The notes below the pieces were generated by a model. The model made no database searches and had not been told where the DNA came from. It saw only the letters and a list, made by a program, of their open reading frames with translations. Made by a program: the position numbers and the translations under genes. A stretch of DNA of 64,000 bases, taken from NCBI RefSeq assembly GCF_001194135.2, contig NC_068982.1, positions 164,606,313-164,670,312 of the forward strand, written 5' to 3'. The DNA is from Octopus bimaculoides. Taxonomy: Eukaryota. This document shows, one piece after another, positions 37,205 through 50,615 of this stretch. The number at the start of each line of letters is the position of its first letter. The first letter of the stretch is position 1.

Positions 37205-38265
37205 CTTATCATATCATAGTTCGTCCGTCGTTATTGACAATGACCAAGGACATCATATTGGAAAAGAAGACGGAGCAGGGTCAGTCCGGCTGTGATCGAT
37301 CAGTGCGATACATGCTACGAAACACTGCTGCAGGTCCAGCATTGGTGGTCTGTTGGATCTGAAGCGCCGAGTTGAAACTGAAGTTAAGTAGTTCTCATTT
37401 TCTTTGTACCTATACAATCCGTTACGCTCGTAGGATGTGGTAATTTTAGGCGCTAAGCAGAGCTTGTTGCGCTTGCGTTTTCAAGGTGTCGTGGTGGATC
37501 TCAAAACTCTTCAGTGAGCTTTTGAGAGTATTCTTGAACGCTGTTTCTGTCCACCTTGCATGCACTGTAAAACAATCTTTTAGGGAGTCACGTGTCAGGC
37601 AGCTGAACAAGATGGCCTACCCTCCTGTCTTGTGCTATCTTCAGCAGTGTGTAAATGCTACACAGATCTTGAGAGATAACATCTGTTTCTGGGACCCTGT
37701 GTTCCCAGGTGCTTTTCAATAGATTTCTCAAGCAGTTTATGTGGAAGCTTTTGGAGTGGCGTTCGTAAACTGTCCAGGTCCCGCAGGCGTACTATAGCAT
37801 AGTCAGCACAACTGTTTTGTACACCATCTGCTTTGTGGCTACCCTAATTCCCTTCCTCCCTCATACTGACTCAAGTAACCGCCCGAGAGCTGAGCTTCCC
37901 TTGGCGATGTGCGATGTACTTCGTCGTCAATGTCCAAGGATCTGGAGATTGTGATGATCTCTTACATCTGGGCCTCTGCAGCGGACTTGATTGCATAGTC
38001 GTTTTTGAACAGGAAGTCACGCACTGAGTCCTCTTCCAACCTTGTCTTAGCTTGTAGCCTCCATTGTTTGAGGGGCTTGTCATCAGTCTTGAATCTGATC
38101 TTCATGTTGGTTGTGTTTTTGTTGAGCAGTGTAGGTGCAAGAGTACAACTGTGGGAATGCGTTGGAAGAAAATCTACTGTCTAGAACCCGAGCGACCATG
38201 CACTCTTGGAACAGTCACACCACGCTGATGAAGTTGTCTGTGCAGCCGAATTTCCCCATGATCTT
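37205..38265 (-). mobile_element. RTE-clade (BovB-like) LINE remnant, internally deleted
   Basis: IMGKFGCTDNFISVV*LF, GCTLAPTL-like segment, RLQAKTRLEEDSVRDFLFKND, ISRSLDIDDEV..IAKGSSALGRL, and a 3' end CWTCSSVS-/IALIDHSRT followed by gatgtccttggtcattgtcaataacgacggacgaac. Confidence 0.85.
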
Positions 38266-39164
38266 TCAAATTCACAAACAAAACATGCACAAGTAAGTGC
38301 GCACTATTTCCATCGCTCGCTCACATTTTGCCCCTAACCCTAAATCTCACTTCTACTCTGATGTACACGTGTTAATTTAGAAACTATTAGGGTCTGATGC
38401 AGTGGTACCTGAACACGTATAGAAGCACAAACTCACCAATACTAAAACTTGTATAAAACCATGTTGGAATGCAAGCTAATGTGTGTGTGCTTCAATCATT
38501 TTTATATTGCAACAAATCACTATTATGAAGAATTACTGAAGTCAATAGAATACCATCAATGGAAAGTAGGTTTTTCACACTCTAATTTCGTTTTCAAAAT
38601 TCTTTGAATACGGAACTCACTTAATAAATATACCATACTACAATAGCTAACTGCTGCTGCAATACTTATTTGATAACAGATTGAATTATCTAAATATTTA
38701 TATTAAAATTTCCATTGACTACCTATGTAGGATATTAACATTAACAGTCGATTGTATAAGTCCAATTGTGTATCACATTGCTTACGTCTAAATAGAACGA
38801 TAAGAAACGGCTTAACTATGGTGAGCAAAATGTAAGAAAAAGAACGTTAAACCGTTATATTTCTCACTGTCAAATCGAAGTTCACTTTGCTGTTAATCTA
38901 GCACTGGGATACCAAAGTTCGATATTGACCAAGCACACTAAATTTGTCATACAGATTGGGTACCAACTTTTACAACTCTTACTCGGCATCGAAGATGAAT
39001 GGTAGTATGTACAAATTGTTTTAGGCATCAACGTAGTCACGAACAAACACATACATGCTCCGCTCTAGCCCATGCTGGACATCCACAATGTGACAGTGGA
39101 CGGGTAAGAGAATTGCACTCGCACTAACTTAGTTTTCACTCACCGAAATAAGACTGAACAAGTT

Positions 39165-39255
39165 GAAATGCTTTCTCAATAACAGAAACTATCATCTTCC
39201 GCGGGAATCGAATCCTCGACATTATGATAGAAATCTTGAACCACGTGCGCCTTCA
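39165..39255 (-). mobile_element. Degenerate tRNA-derived SINE head
   Basis: Reverse complement aaggcgcacgtggttcaag...gaggattcgattcccgcgg...ttgagaaagcatttcaac has an A/B-box-like layout. Confidence 0.5.
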
Positions 39256-42232
39256 CGAATACTAGGCCGTTAATACCGCTTCCAATTGTAAAGTTTTTCA
39301 AACAGATGCTGATTATGATTTTGTTTCAGTAGCAGTCCGCTATCATTTTCAGTTGTATTCGTCTCAGTGAAAAGAACCTATATAATTTATAATGTAGCAT
39401 AAATCTATTTGATAAAACAATCCCTTTTACCGCAGAGGAGAATATCAATACAGTATAAGCGTAAGTTAAGAAGAAATTCTAGAAAGATCTGCAGTTTACA
39501 ATAAGAAATATTGCTGTACGAACAAAAAGTGAAAAAGATATTCGTGAAAGATAAAAAAAAAGAAAAAGATACACGCACACACAGAAACAACAGATAATGG
39601 GAAACTAATACAAACAACTTCATTTTAGGACCACTTTTAAGAAATGAAATTCTTTCAGGTTTACAGATAATGTTATAACATTCTAAACACATGCTATGTT
39701 ATCAGAATTCAAATGTATCGTAGATTCGTAGTAAGCTGTTCAATGTATGCTGTTATTTTTCAAGGATTATAGTTACATATAGACATATATTTTGCTACAC
39801 ATATTTAGTAAGAAAAAAAAATGCTAATAGCCAATGGACGAGTAAAATAAATAAAAAGGAAATACATCTTAAGAAAATATGTATTAAGGCAAATAATTGT
39901 TTTCTCCATATCTTTGGTGAATTATATTCATTCTTCCACAGTGTATTGTTGCTTTCCAATTTCTAGCTTCACTAAATTTCCCTTATAATGGTACAACATT
40001 CATGCACGGTTCTTTCAACTTAAAAGCTAAAGGTGTAATTCACTGACCACACGTATCATTACTGACATTTTATTTGGAATATTCTTGATACATTGATTTA
40101 TCATACACCTCAGATAATAGAAAGGCTTTCCTACAAATCTGAAGCATAAGCACGTATGTGCATGCATACATACGTATGTGTGTGTGTACTTATATATATA
40201 TATATATATATATATGTACATATCCATACATATACATTAACATACACACACACACACGCATACATGTATGAATGTATGTGTTGTAGGAAAAATAAAAGAG
40301 CTTGACTATGTTTCTTTCATATTCCTTATCATAGAAATTTAATATATGTGATATTTTATGTCATTTTTCTTTCAAGACTCACAAAGAAACTAAATATGAC
40401 GTTTAGCATTAGTTTCTTTCACTGCGATATGCTGTTTGTAAGTTACAATTTACATTTCATTTTGCTATACTCATACCTACTAAGTCTAATCTTAGGAATT
40501 TCTTGTTCATATTCTTTGTCATATGGTTATGTTATGTTATGTTTTGTGTTTTTCTATACATTTTTGTCATAGCCGAGTGCTGTATATGATCGTTCATTTT
40601 TATACATATTCGTTCAGAAAATAAACTACATTACACGTCTGCATCATATGTGTATGAATGTGTATANNNNNNNNNNATATATATATATGAAGATTATTAA
40701 GGGTATTGGAGTCAACCAAACCCTAAAGATACAGGTAATACCGAGTAAGTGCTGTATACCGACTAGTTTTGCCCCTGTCGTTGTAGCAACATGAGTGGGG
40801 AATATAACATAGGTCGTGTATTAGCGTGTGTATGTATAAAGAAAGAAAAGGATAAAGAGACCAATGACAAGGCTAGAATTATATTTTATGTATAAAGTCT
40901 TACAGTTGTTTCAGGGAAAATCCAATGTATCCCTTCATCGGAGACGGTAATAGTAGAAGCATGAATTATTACATCTATAAGAGGAGATTTGTAGTAAGAA
41001 GGGAGAGCGATGCGCAGAAGAAAGAACAACGAATAAACAGTACTTAGAGTGTAGTTCCATTCCAGAAGTAAACATCCATGTAAAGAATCCTTGTGGGTAT
41101 TTTCCGGAGATAATTGTAGTACTGCATTTAAACAAAAATAATAATATTTGGTTAGAAATGGAGAGTGCAAGAAATCTTAATTCTTTAAAATTATACCAGA
41201 ACTGAAAGAAAAAAATCGCTATATTCATAGGTGGCAATGATGAAGAAAAAATGGGAGAAACAATTCGGAATTTACGCTAATTAAAAGCAAAGCGATAACT
41301 CTAGACAGGTTTTTGTTTAATTATACCTCGTCAGAAAAAATTCAAAGTGTATTGCTAGATATTGGAATGACTCGAACGATTATAGGTATTTCCTGTATGG
41401 AAGCTAGGTAATTGACCTTATATAACTGAATGACTGCATAAGTAGGATAACTCATGCTTCTGTATGAGAAGCATTGGATAAAACAAATACTAAAATAATT
41501 GATGAAGTAAACCAAGAAAATACAAATGTAATTTATAGCCATAATGATGATTCACAATCATTAATATCATTATTGATTCTGGTCAGAGGAACCAGAATTT
41601 AAGTTTTTTTTAAAATCTTTTTGTAAATGGATTAATTGTCAAATATAGTACGGAGTGAGATTGATCTTTGGCATGCATCAGTTTTATTCTGCAAAATTTA
41701 CTGTTACTCAAATAAAATGTTGCTATAATGTGTAATTATTAAAAGAATTGAAATAAAACACTCGAGTCCACAATTCCATTAACTATTTTGCCAAATAGCT
41801 AATACAACGCACATGAACAAAGCAAACAGACATACATAAACATATGCAAGGACACACATATATTGGCACATAAATAAACATACACTCATGTTTGTGTATA
41901 AGTGTCTGCTTAGTTTTACTAATGAAAAAATACAAGAAATCCATTAGAATATTTGTAGATTTGTTTATACACACGCGTGCGCAGGCGTCTCGCATTTTTC
42001 GTTGCTATACTGATGAAGGGACTTTCGTGTTTGTGTTCATTTGTATTGTATTTATTCATTTTATATTTATAGATCTTTATCGTCCCTGTGTCCTGACGTA
42101 TTTATTCGTTCATTTCTTCAGTCAGTTATGTATACGCACACACACACACATACATACATGCATACATACACACAAACACACATACATACATATATATGTA
42201 ACCATGTATATATGTATGAGTGCGTATATATG

Positions 42233-42265
<33 letters not shown>

Positions 42266-43189
42266 GTGTGTGTGTGTGTGTTTGTATGCATGTATGAATG
42301 AAAGATTGAACGAATGAAACGTTTAGCGCATAGGGATGACAAAGGACTATAAATGGAAAACTAAATCCCCGATATCTATAGTCCTTTACTCTGTATATTT
42401 TGATAGATTCTTTTATTTTCATACGCTTTGTGAAATTACTGGGAATTGCTACTTAAGAGGAGAGTGTACTGCTTTAGGGGAGAGAATCACTTCTAAATTT
42501 TTTTTTTCGCGTTGAGAAATCATTATTAAACAGTGTAAAGAGCATACATATATTTCCATATAACTCTTTAAGTTTTCATGAGAAAATATTCTTAAAGTCT
42601 CTGTTAGCTGTGGCTAGTATTGTTTCGTCCACTTTCTGGACTATTCAGCAACACATAACACAAGATTTTGAAATTAGTTTATCTAAATTTATTGAAAAAT
42701 TCAAAACGATCTATCTCTGTTCTTTTTTTTTTCTCTCCTAACAGTAGGAAAATGTTCTCTAAATGTCTTGCATGTTTTTTTAAAAATTGTTCCAGTATAG
42801 ATTTGCATGTGTAATGATTCTTTCTGTAGTTACATTTAATCACTTCAATGCGGACGTATACACAAGCCCTCGTAATCTGCACGATGGAAATAAGGAACTT
42901 CTGCTTGTATTTTGATGTTGCGTTATCTACCGGAATGATTAAAGCCAATATAATTTTGTCTTATCTCGCCATGAAACTTTGTCTCAGTTTCTACTGATAA
43001 CATTTGAAATCTGAACAGTGTTTCAAGGACACGAAGTGGATTTACTGGGAGTTAGTACTTAAAGCGAGAGAATCGCTCCTAAGTCTATTGTTTACATATT
43101 TATATGTATATACACATTTATACTCCTTCTGTTCACATCATTATCTATATATCTGTATATCCGTAAACAACCGTATCTTAGGGTGAATG

Positions 43190-43715
43190 GGGGCAAATGT
43201 GTGAGTACGTATATGTGGATGAGTGTGTGTGGTGTGTGGTGTGTGTTGTGTGCGTATGGACGTGTGTATATGTGTGAGTGTGTGCATGGACGTGTTAATT
43301 TAAGTGTGTGAGGCTAACGCACGTGTGTGTGTGTTGTGTGTAGCAGTTAATGTGTGCTTGTTCAGGTGAGGTGTGCACATGTGTATGTGTGTGTGTGCAT
43401 GTCTGCGACCAAATAGTGTGCATGTGTATAGTGTAAGTTTGTGGGCGAAAGTTATGTGTGTTTATGCGTGTTGCGTATGCTTATGTCTGTGCTCGGGTAT
43501 TATGTGCTTGTGTGGGTATCGGAGTGTACATGATGTTGTGTAGTGTGTGTGTGTGTACTTAGTTAGACTATGTGTGACTGTTCGTACAGTGGTATGTATG
43601 GGGACGCTACTGAAATTGTGTGTGGGTGTGTCGATAACGGTGTGTGGATGTGTGAATAATGGTATGTGGTGAGGGTACTGAGAAGTGTTCAGTAATAGTG
43701 TGTGTGGAGAAAAAA

Positions 43716-43747
<32 letters not shown>

Positions 43748-43900
43748 ATAGTGTGTAAAGGGAGTAATGAGTTTAACAGTGTGGTTGGATATTTGTATAG
43801 TAGTGGTGTGTGTGTGTGGTGAGTGTACCGAGCCAGGCAGTATGCAGGCATGTAGGTGGAGGGAGCAGTTGAATGTGGGAGGTGTGTCGGAATCCGTGTG
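43190..43900. repeat. Long degenerate (TG)-rich low-complexity tract
   Basis: ~700 bp of interrupted TG/GT repeats; the H/T-rich ORF 43462..43950 is its by-product. Confidence 0.85.
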
Positions 43901-44759
43901 GGGTTTGTGTCAGATGAAGAGAAGTAATGAATTGAGCCCATAAAGCGCAAAAGAACGAAGAGGGAAGATTAATAGAGATAAGTCAGTAGACATGTGTGCA
44001 TATGTGTGTGAATGTAGTAAACTTGCCGAATTTTTACCAAAGAAGAATGTCTTTGGTACAAAAGCACTGTACCATAATAAACAAAAGCGAGTCGAGCAAA
44101 GTTAAATAACATGTAAGAAAGATATGAAATACGACTTAACATAAGTAACATTTGTCAGACAGTGGTAAAATTCTTCCCAAAATCGGTAAATAAAGCAACT
44201 GAATGTTACACTTAAATATATTGTAAAAGCTATGTTTCTTTTTACCCAATTTAAATCTGTTAACATTCGTATAATGTCATATTTAAATAAAATACTGAAT
44301 AATCTGCTAGAGAGTCATTTCTCTCAAACAGAAAACTTTACAATCTATTTTGAGATATGTGAAATATGTAAAACCATTAACACAGTATGAATAATATAAC
44401 ATCTTTAACAGATGACTAAAAATCGAATTTTAGGACCGATGCTCAAACACACACACTCAAACCCCTACACTGACTTTCCGACATTCCCCCTGCGGGTGGG
44501 TGGAGGTAATTTACCAGAGAAAATTTAACTAAGAGAAATAAAATTGAAGGAATGCAGTAAAATATTTCGGGGCTAAAACTCGATTTTTACTCTTCTATTA
44601 AAGATGCCATATTATATTATCTATACTGTTAGTTGTTTTGTATAACCTACTTGAGCTTGTTCGTAGCTTCTTCCCCATTCTTGGCACCCAACCTGTCTCT
44701 TTTCCTAGCTCTCAATCACGTTGCTGCATCAGCCTCTCTAACAGACCTATCCTCACCAG

Positions 44760-44960
44760 CACTCACCCCCCATTATAGTTGATTCATTCCCTTGCACCTC
44801 CAGCAATGTAATCCACTGTATCTTCTGCTGACTGTAATTTCCTGTACACTGGTCAAACTGGTTGCATGCACTTAGCCAATCACTTTATCGGGCGTCTCCG
44901 GGACATCGAACTAAAACAAAGAATACACACACACATATCAATTCCATTCAACAGCTCCGT
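44760..44960 (+). mobile_element. Penelope-like element GIY-YIG endonuclease remnant
   Basis: CTSSNVIHCIFC*L*-FLYTGQTG..LANHFIGRLRDI (cf. FTCTSSNVIYCI.C..C..LYIGQTGR.L.DRF.EHLRDI). Confidence 0.7.
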
Positions 44961-45969
44961 ATACACACCAACGGATCACAGGGTCACATATACTCATATA
45001 TACATGTATAAACACGCACAATATTCACGCATAAACACGCATAATACACGAGTGTCACACCCACACACACACCCACACACACACACACACATACAAACAC
45101 ACACATTAGGCACAAACACACGTACGTACGCATATGTCCGACTGCCTTTTGAATACACCTAAAAACGACAAAAGAACACAAACACGATCATGTTACATCA
45201 CCATTGGTGGTAGTAACGCCAACATCACGACTAGGGATGGCTACAACAACGACAGCAGCCGCTGCGATATCGCTAGGCTCACGCCTCGTAATGATACCAA
45301 CACCGATGGCAGTACCAGAGACACCACGACAACGTCTCTTGACCTAGAGTCAACCGAAGATACACCGGAAATGTGAGCACAACCAGCACCAAAGTCTGAA
45401 AATATATCACATCAGCGGGGAAGGCCTTGAAGTGGTGCCTGTACAAAGAAAATTCCTCTTTCAGGATTCCGGAAACACGATTCGTTACATCCCTGGCCAT
45501 CCGCCTGTGGCGCCTCTAAGATGAAGGGACGCAGGTTTTGTATAGCTGAGCGAACGAGTAACCTCAAAGAGTTCCCGAAACTATAGTTACTAAACTCTTG
45601 CCAGGACAGTTATAGTCTCTGCATCCATTTCAAGTGTTACCTGCTGCAAGCATAGGATTCCCCGTTCTCAGATTAGACCTGGAAAGGCCCTTACAAGCTA
45701 GAGGCAGCCCAAGGGCAAAATTCCTTCCTTTCCGTCTTGATCCAGAGGAATTAGTCTATGAGAGACAACCCGTCTTCGCCGACCCGGTATGTTTATTCTC
45801 TAGTGATTTACTAACCAACTGACCGTAATGGACTCCTGCCTTCTAGAGATGAAGACTTATACTTGTCTTCGGCTTTAGAGGCCTTCTAGACGTCCAAGGG
45901 GCTAAGCTCTTTGTGGATGCGGAACTATTTGTTACTCCTTGACCGGACATTTTTTTTCTTCTTTCTTTT

Positions 45970-47046
45970 TGCCTTTAGCCCTCCAACGCGGAGTATAGGC
46001 CACTTATAATTGAATTCNNNNNNNNNNCATGAACGTCCCCCTTCCTCTATATCCTTTTGTATTGATCTTCGCCTCGAGTTCTTAGTCCTACCTTTCTTTC
46101 TATATCCATCTGGATTCCACTGTAAAGCACTTTTCGCTACATTTGGTGTGTCTTTTATAATTGTGCTACCAATCCACTTCCACTTTTTCTTAAATATTTG
46201 CTCCCTAATCGAAACACGCAAGCATCTGTTGATGAATAATTGTATTTGCTTATTTCACTTAACTGTTGTTCACCATGTCTCAGCCCCATACAATAACACC
46301 GCTTTTACGTTAGTGTTAAAAATTCTTATTTTGATCGTTATTGAAATTACCTTTGCGCCCCATACTTTTTTTAACAGGTGAAAAGCGGTCCTTGCCTTAC
46401 TTATTCTTGTCTTAATATCTTCGTTGGTGCCGCATGAGAACGTTATCTTACTACTTAAATACGTAAACTCAGCTACATCCTCTAGAGCACCGGTTTCTAG
46501 TTTAATACGTTCGCTGAATTTCTTCATTAACGCGCATAATTTTTGATTTGTCGCAGTTGACTTTCAATCCTAGTTTGGCAGCTATTGCTTCTAATGTTGA
46601 TGTTTTATTTTGCATATGGCTATATGTTTGTGAAAGTAGCACTATATCATCTGCAACGTCGAGATCTTCTAGAGCTTCTGCATCCGTCCATTCAATGCCT
46701 GTTTGGCTCTCAATAGTAGTTTCCTTCATAATCCAATCTATAACTAGTAGAAATAAAAAGGGAGAAAGTATACAGCCCTGTCGAACTCCTGTTTTTACTT
46801 CGAATTTATCCGTAGCTCCGTTTCCATGCAAGACTCGGCATGACATTCCTTGGTAAGCTGCTCTTATTATAGATATATACTTGTCTGGTATGCCGTAGTG
46901 CTGCATAATTTTCCATAAGCCTTCCCTATGTACACTATGAAATGTTTTTTCGAAATCAATAAAGTTAATATAAAGCTATGCATTCCACTCTGCTCTTTGC
47001 TCTAAGATGATGCGAAGAGTGGCGATTTGATCTACACCTGACCGAA
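45970..47046 (-). mobile_element. RTE-clade LINE 3' half (reverse transcriptase), 5'-truncated
   Basis: DQIATLRIILEQ, FIDFEK, MQHYGIPDKYISIIR, KTGVRQGCILSPFLFLLVIDWIM, LEDLDVADDIVLLS, FTYLSSKI, KAVLLYGAETW, WKWIG, ALQWNPDGYRKKGR (ORFs 46502..46906, 46270..46527, 45925..46221). Confidence 0.95.
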
Positions 47047-47265
47047 AATAGACTTAACTATATAGAAATAGGTTACTGTTCTATGCATTAGATTATGTTT
47101 CCTTTTCGGTTATATGGTTATATAATACATTGATACATTGTTATATATTTGGATAAATGCATATAGTTATATATATCTGTGTGTGTGTGTGAGTATGTGT
47201 ATGTGTGTGTGTGTGTGTGTGCATGTGTATGTGTGTGTGCGTGTGTATGCGTGTGTGTGAGTGTG

Positions 47266-48058
47266 TGCAGTCCATAGATAATTCTTTATTCTCTATATTT
47301 AACATTTTGTCCTGTTCTAGGGTTTTGCGAAATTTTTCTGGAGAACATTATTCTTCTTTGTAGTTGGGTCATTGATGACCTCTTTCTAGCATGTTGGATG
47401 TCCACATAGTGGTCATCCGTTATACACGTATAATACAATTTTTTCTGAATTTTCAGATTTTTTTATATGCTACGCCACTTGGTTTTAAATTGAATTAATA
47501 TTCAATTTATCACCCTATCTATATAAATAATAATTTAAATAGTTATGCTCTTCAACCGGCAACATATACTGCAATGAATTATTCTCTGCTGAATTGTTTC
47601 CAGAATTTTGCGCGCTGGAGCTGAGGCATTTTAAAAAATAGCCCCAATGTAATCGGTAAAATTATATGCAAGTCTTGTTTCATGAAGACAATTCGTGTAT
47701 AATTCTGTAAATTATATTGATTCTAGAACGTCTATGCTGAGGAGAACACGGATGTTGTTACGTAAGTAAAACGTTAATGTTCTAAACTGCAGTTCATAGA
47801 TAATTCTTTATTCTGTATATTTCACAATTTGTCCTGTTCTGGTGTTTCTCGAAATTTTTCTGGAGAACATTATTTTTCTTTGTGGTTGGGTCGTTGATGA
47901 CCTCTTTCCAGCGTACTGGATGTCCACCTAGTGGTCATCCGTTATACACGTGTAATACAACTTTTTCTGAATTTTCAGATTTTTTTATATGCTAGGCCAC
48001 GTGGTTTTAAATGTATTTAATATTCAATTTATCACCCTATCTATATAAATGATAATTT
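47266..48058. repeat. Two ~270-bp direct repeats (47266-47536 and 47788-48058) separated by a ~250-bp unique spacer
   Basis: tgcagt(c/t)catagataattctttattct...caatttatcaccctatctatataaat(a/g)ataattt occurs twice, ~85% identical by eye. Confidence 0.95.
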
Positions 48059-48062
48059 TTAT

Positions 48063-48093
<31 letters not shown>

Positions 48094-50481
48094 CACACAC
48101 ACATATATATATATACATATATATATATATGTGTGTATATATATATATGTTTATATGTGTAGATATATACACATATAATACATATGATATATATATATAT
48201 ATATATATATACATACATATACACATATATACATGTATGTATGTATGATTGTGTATATATATATATATATCATGTGCGAATTTGCCATGTGCGTTAATAA
48301 AAGAAATGCAATTTATGTACATATCTGTATACTTAACAACATGGCAAATTGAAAACAGAAACAATGAATATGTCTAAAATCTATTCAGAAGCTTTTAAAT
48401 AGCGCGAGGATTATACTCCACTAACGTAGGTGAGTGATTCCTAAGTCATTTACATATCTTTGCTCAGTGACCTTTTAGTATCTTAATCGAACATATGGCA
48501 AATAAGCAGTTCTAAATTTATGTGCCATTTGTCCTATTTGTAGCAAAGTATATTGTAGCTGGCTTGTCGTTATCTCAAAGACATTATAATTATCATCACT
48601 CCAGTCTCCAGTTACTTTATCATTGAACGACATTAGCTATATTTAGGTAATCTGTCTATATCAATTCCATTCCCTCATAGCATTGAGACATTCAACTCTT
48701 ATTTGATTCAGTACTACTTCAAAGTTTCTGTTGTTGCTAAATAAATCCCAAACTTTTAGTGTTCCAGTCATAATAATAACAATTGATACAGTCTTTCATT
48801 GAAATCTATTAAGATCTGAATTTAATGCGTTCAGAACAAGGTTTCTAAGTTCTCACCTTCCAGTTTTTAGGTCAGCTTTATGTCTGATATCGTTATATTT
48901 TCTAATGTTGCAAAGGAATGGAGAAACGTCATATTGACAGCTCTGTTCATCGTTTAGAAAGAGAAGAAACATATATGTGAAACATTATACAATAAAGCAT
49001 AGAAGCAAGAGATGAAATTCCTAAAATTATTATATTTGGCATCTATGAGATGTTGAAATTCGTTTTCGTTAATCAAAAAGTTATGTGCATTATCAACAGG
49101 AAGTTACAGAAGTCGAGTTTTGCAGTAACTGGCAAATATCACGCATCCTCTGCAAGATATAGATTGAAGACCTCTATCATATTAACAATTTTATGGATTG
49201 AAAAACAAAGTTCGTTTCTCACATTAGCACAGACCCAGAAATTTATAAACAATGATATATTTTATATGATTGACTACAGATTTTATCTAGCATTTATCGA
49301 TTCAATGTAGACAAAAGTCAAAGAAAATCGATGCTGGACTTGAACTCAGCATATCAAAGGGTGCAGCCAAGTGCTACACGATGTAATTTAATGGAGTAAC
49401 CAAATTTCGACCACTACTCCGAACTTATTTTATCGTACATATTAACGAACACTTTAAACAACCTCAGAAACTGAGCCACTGTTTCAAGTAACTGGATGAA
49501 ATTAAATAAAGAACATATTTTTTTTCTCAAGAAAGGAGAAAGTCTACGAAAGAATATCGCTTCGTTTCAAGTGATACTATGGAATTTCGATAGAGTCAGT
49601 TCTGAACAAACGTAACATAACATACATCACATACAATAGACACACTTGATACTTAGAGCAGAAATATATAAGATTAATCACTACCTGCTAATTTTCTTAA
49701 GCTATGCCGACATCACTTTTAACTTCCTTAACCACATTCTAGAGGAAATGGCTTAAGGCATACTATAATACATAGAAGTTTTCAACTGTAGTGAGACATC
49801 TCAACTTTCACAAAGGTAAATAAGATACTTGCAGCAAACGGCAGAGCCAACTAACTTACATTGCATATAATTATAGTATTTGACAGGCTGCTGGATAGGG
49901 AATATCCGATTATCTGAAGAGCAACAACTATCGCATTTCAAAACAACATGGTTATAAATTTGACAGATCGTATAGATCTATACGTCTTAAGCGATATTCT
50001 CTATGTTTTGGAAGAGGACTCAAGCGGACTTGTAATTTAACCTGACTTCAGTAGAGCTTTTGACAGTTCATCGTAGTATTACACAGTAGAAACTACTCAG
50101 CATGGGAGAAAATAAGGAAGAAATAAGTAACATGCTGTTGAATGCAACGTATTGTATTGGAAGGAAGTCACATAGTCCCAGCAAAAGTTATTACTTACGT
50201 TCCCTGACGCACTATTTTGGGCTCACTTCCTTCAGATTTATATATAAGTTAAAGTAGATATAATCAAATATTAGAATAAATATATGTGTGTGTTTGTGTC
50301 TGTATGTATGTGTGCGTTGTGTGTATGTATATTTATATATATATATAGGGAGAATTCACAAAAAACAAATGACAGCAAACAGATGTATTAGTTTAACGCT
50401 CGGGAAGTGAAAAAGTCTGTAACGTTTCGAGCCTCTGCTCTTGCACAGAAAGGAACACAGAAAGAAACAAGGATATATATA

Positions 50482-50516
<35 letters not shown>

Positions 50517-50615
50517 NNNNNNNNNNNNNNNNNNNNNNNNNNNNNNNNNNNNNNNNNNNNNNNNNNNNNNNNNNNNNNNNNNNNNNNNNNNNNNNNNNAT
50601 ACATACATACATATA

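Noticed and set aside
38330-38345. ccctaaccctaa as an interstitial telomere
   Set aside because: Only two units, which is expected by chance.
45380-45920. Tx1/L1-like or host coding segment
   Set aside because: Higher GC and coding-like, but no motif could be matched with confidence on either strand, so it is left unannotated.
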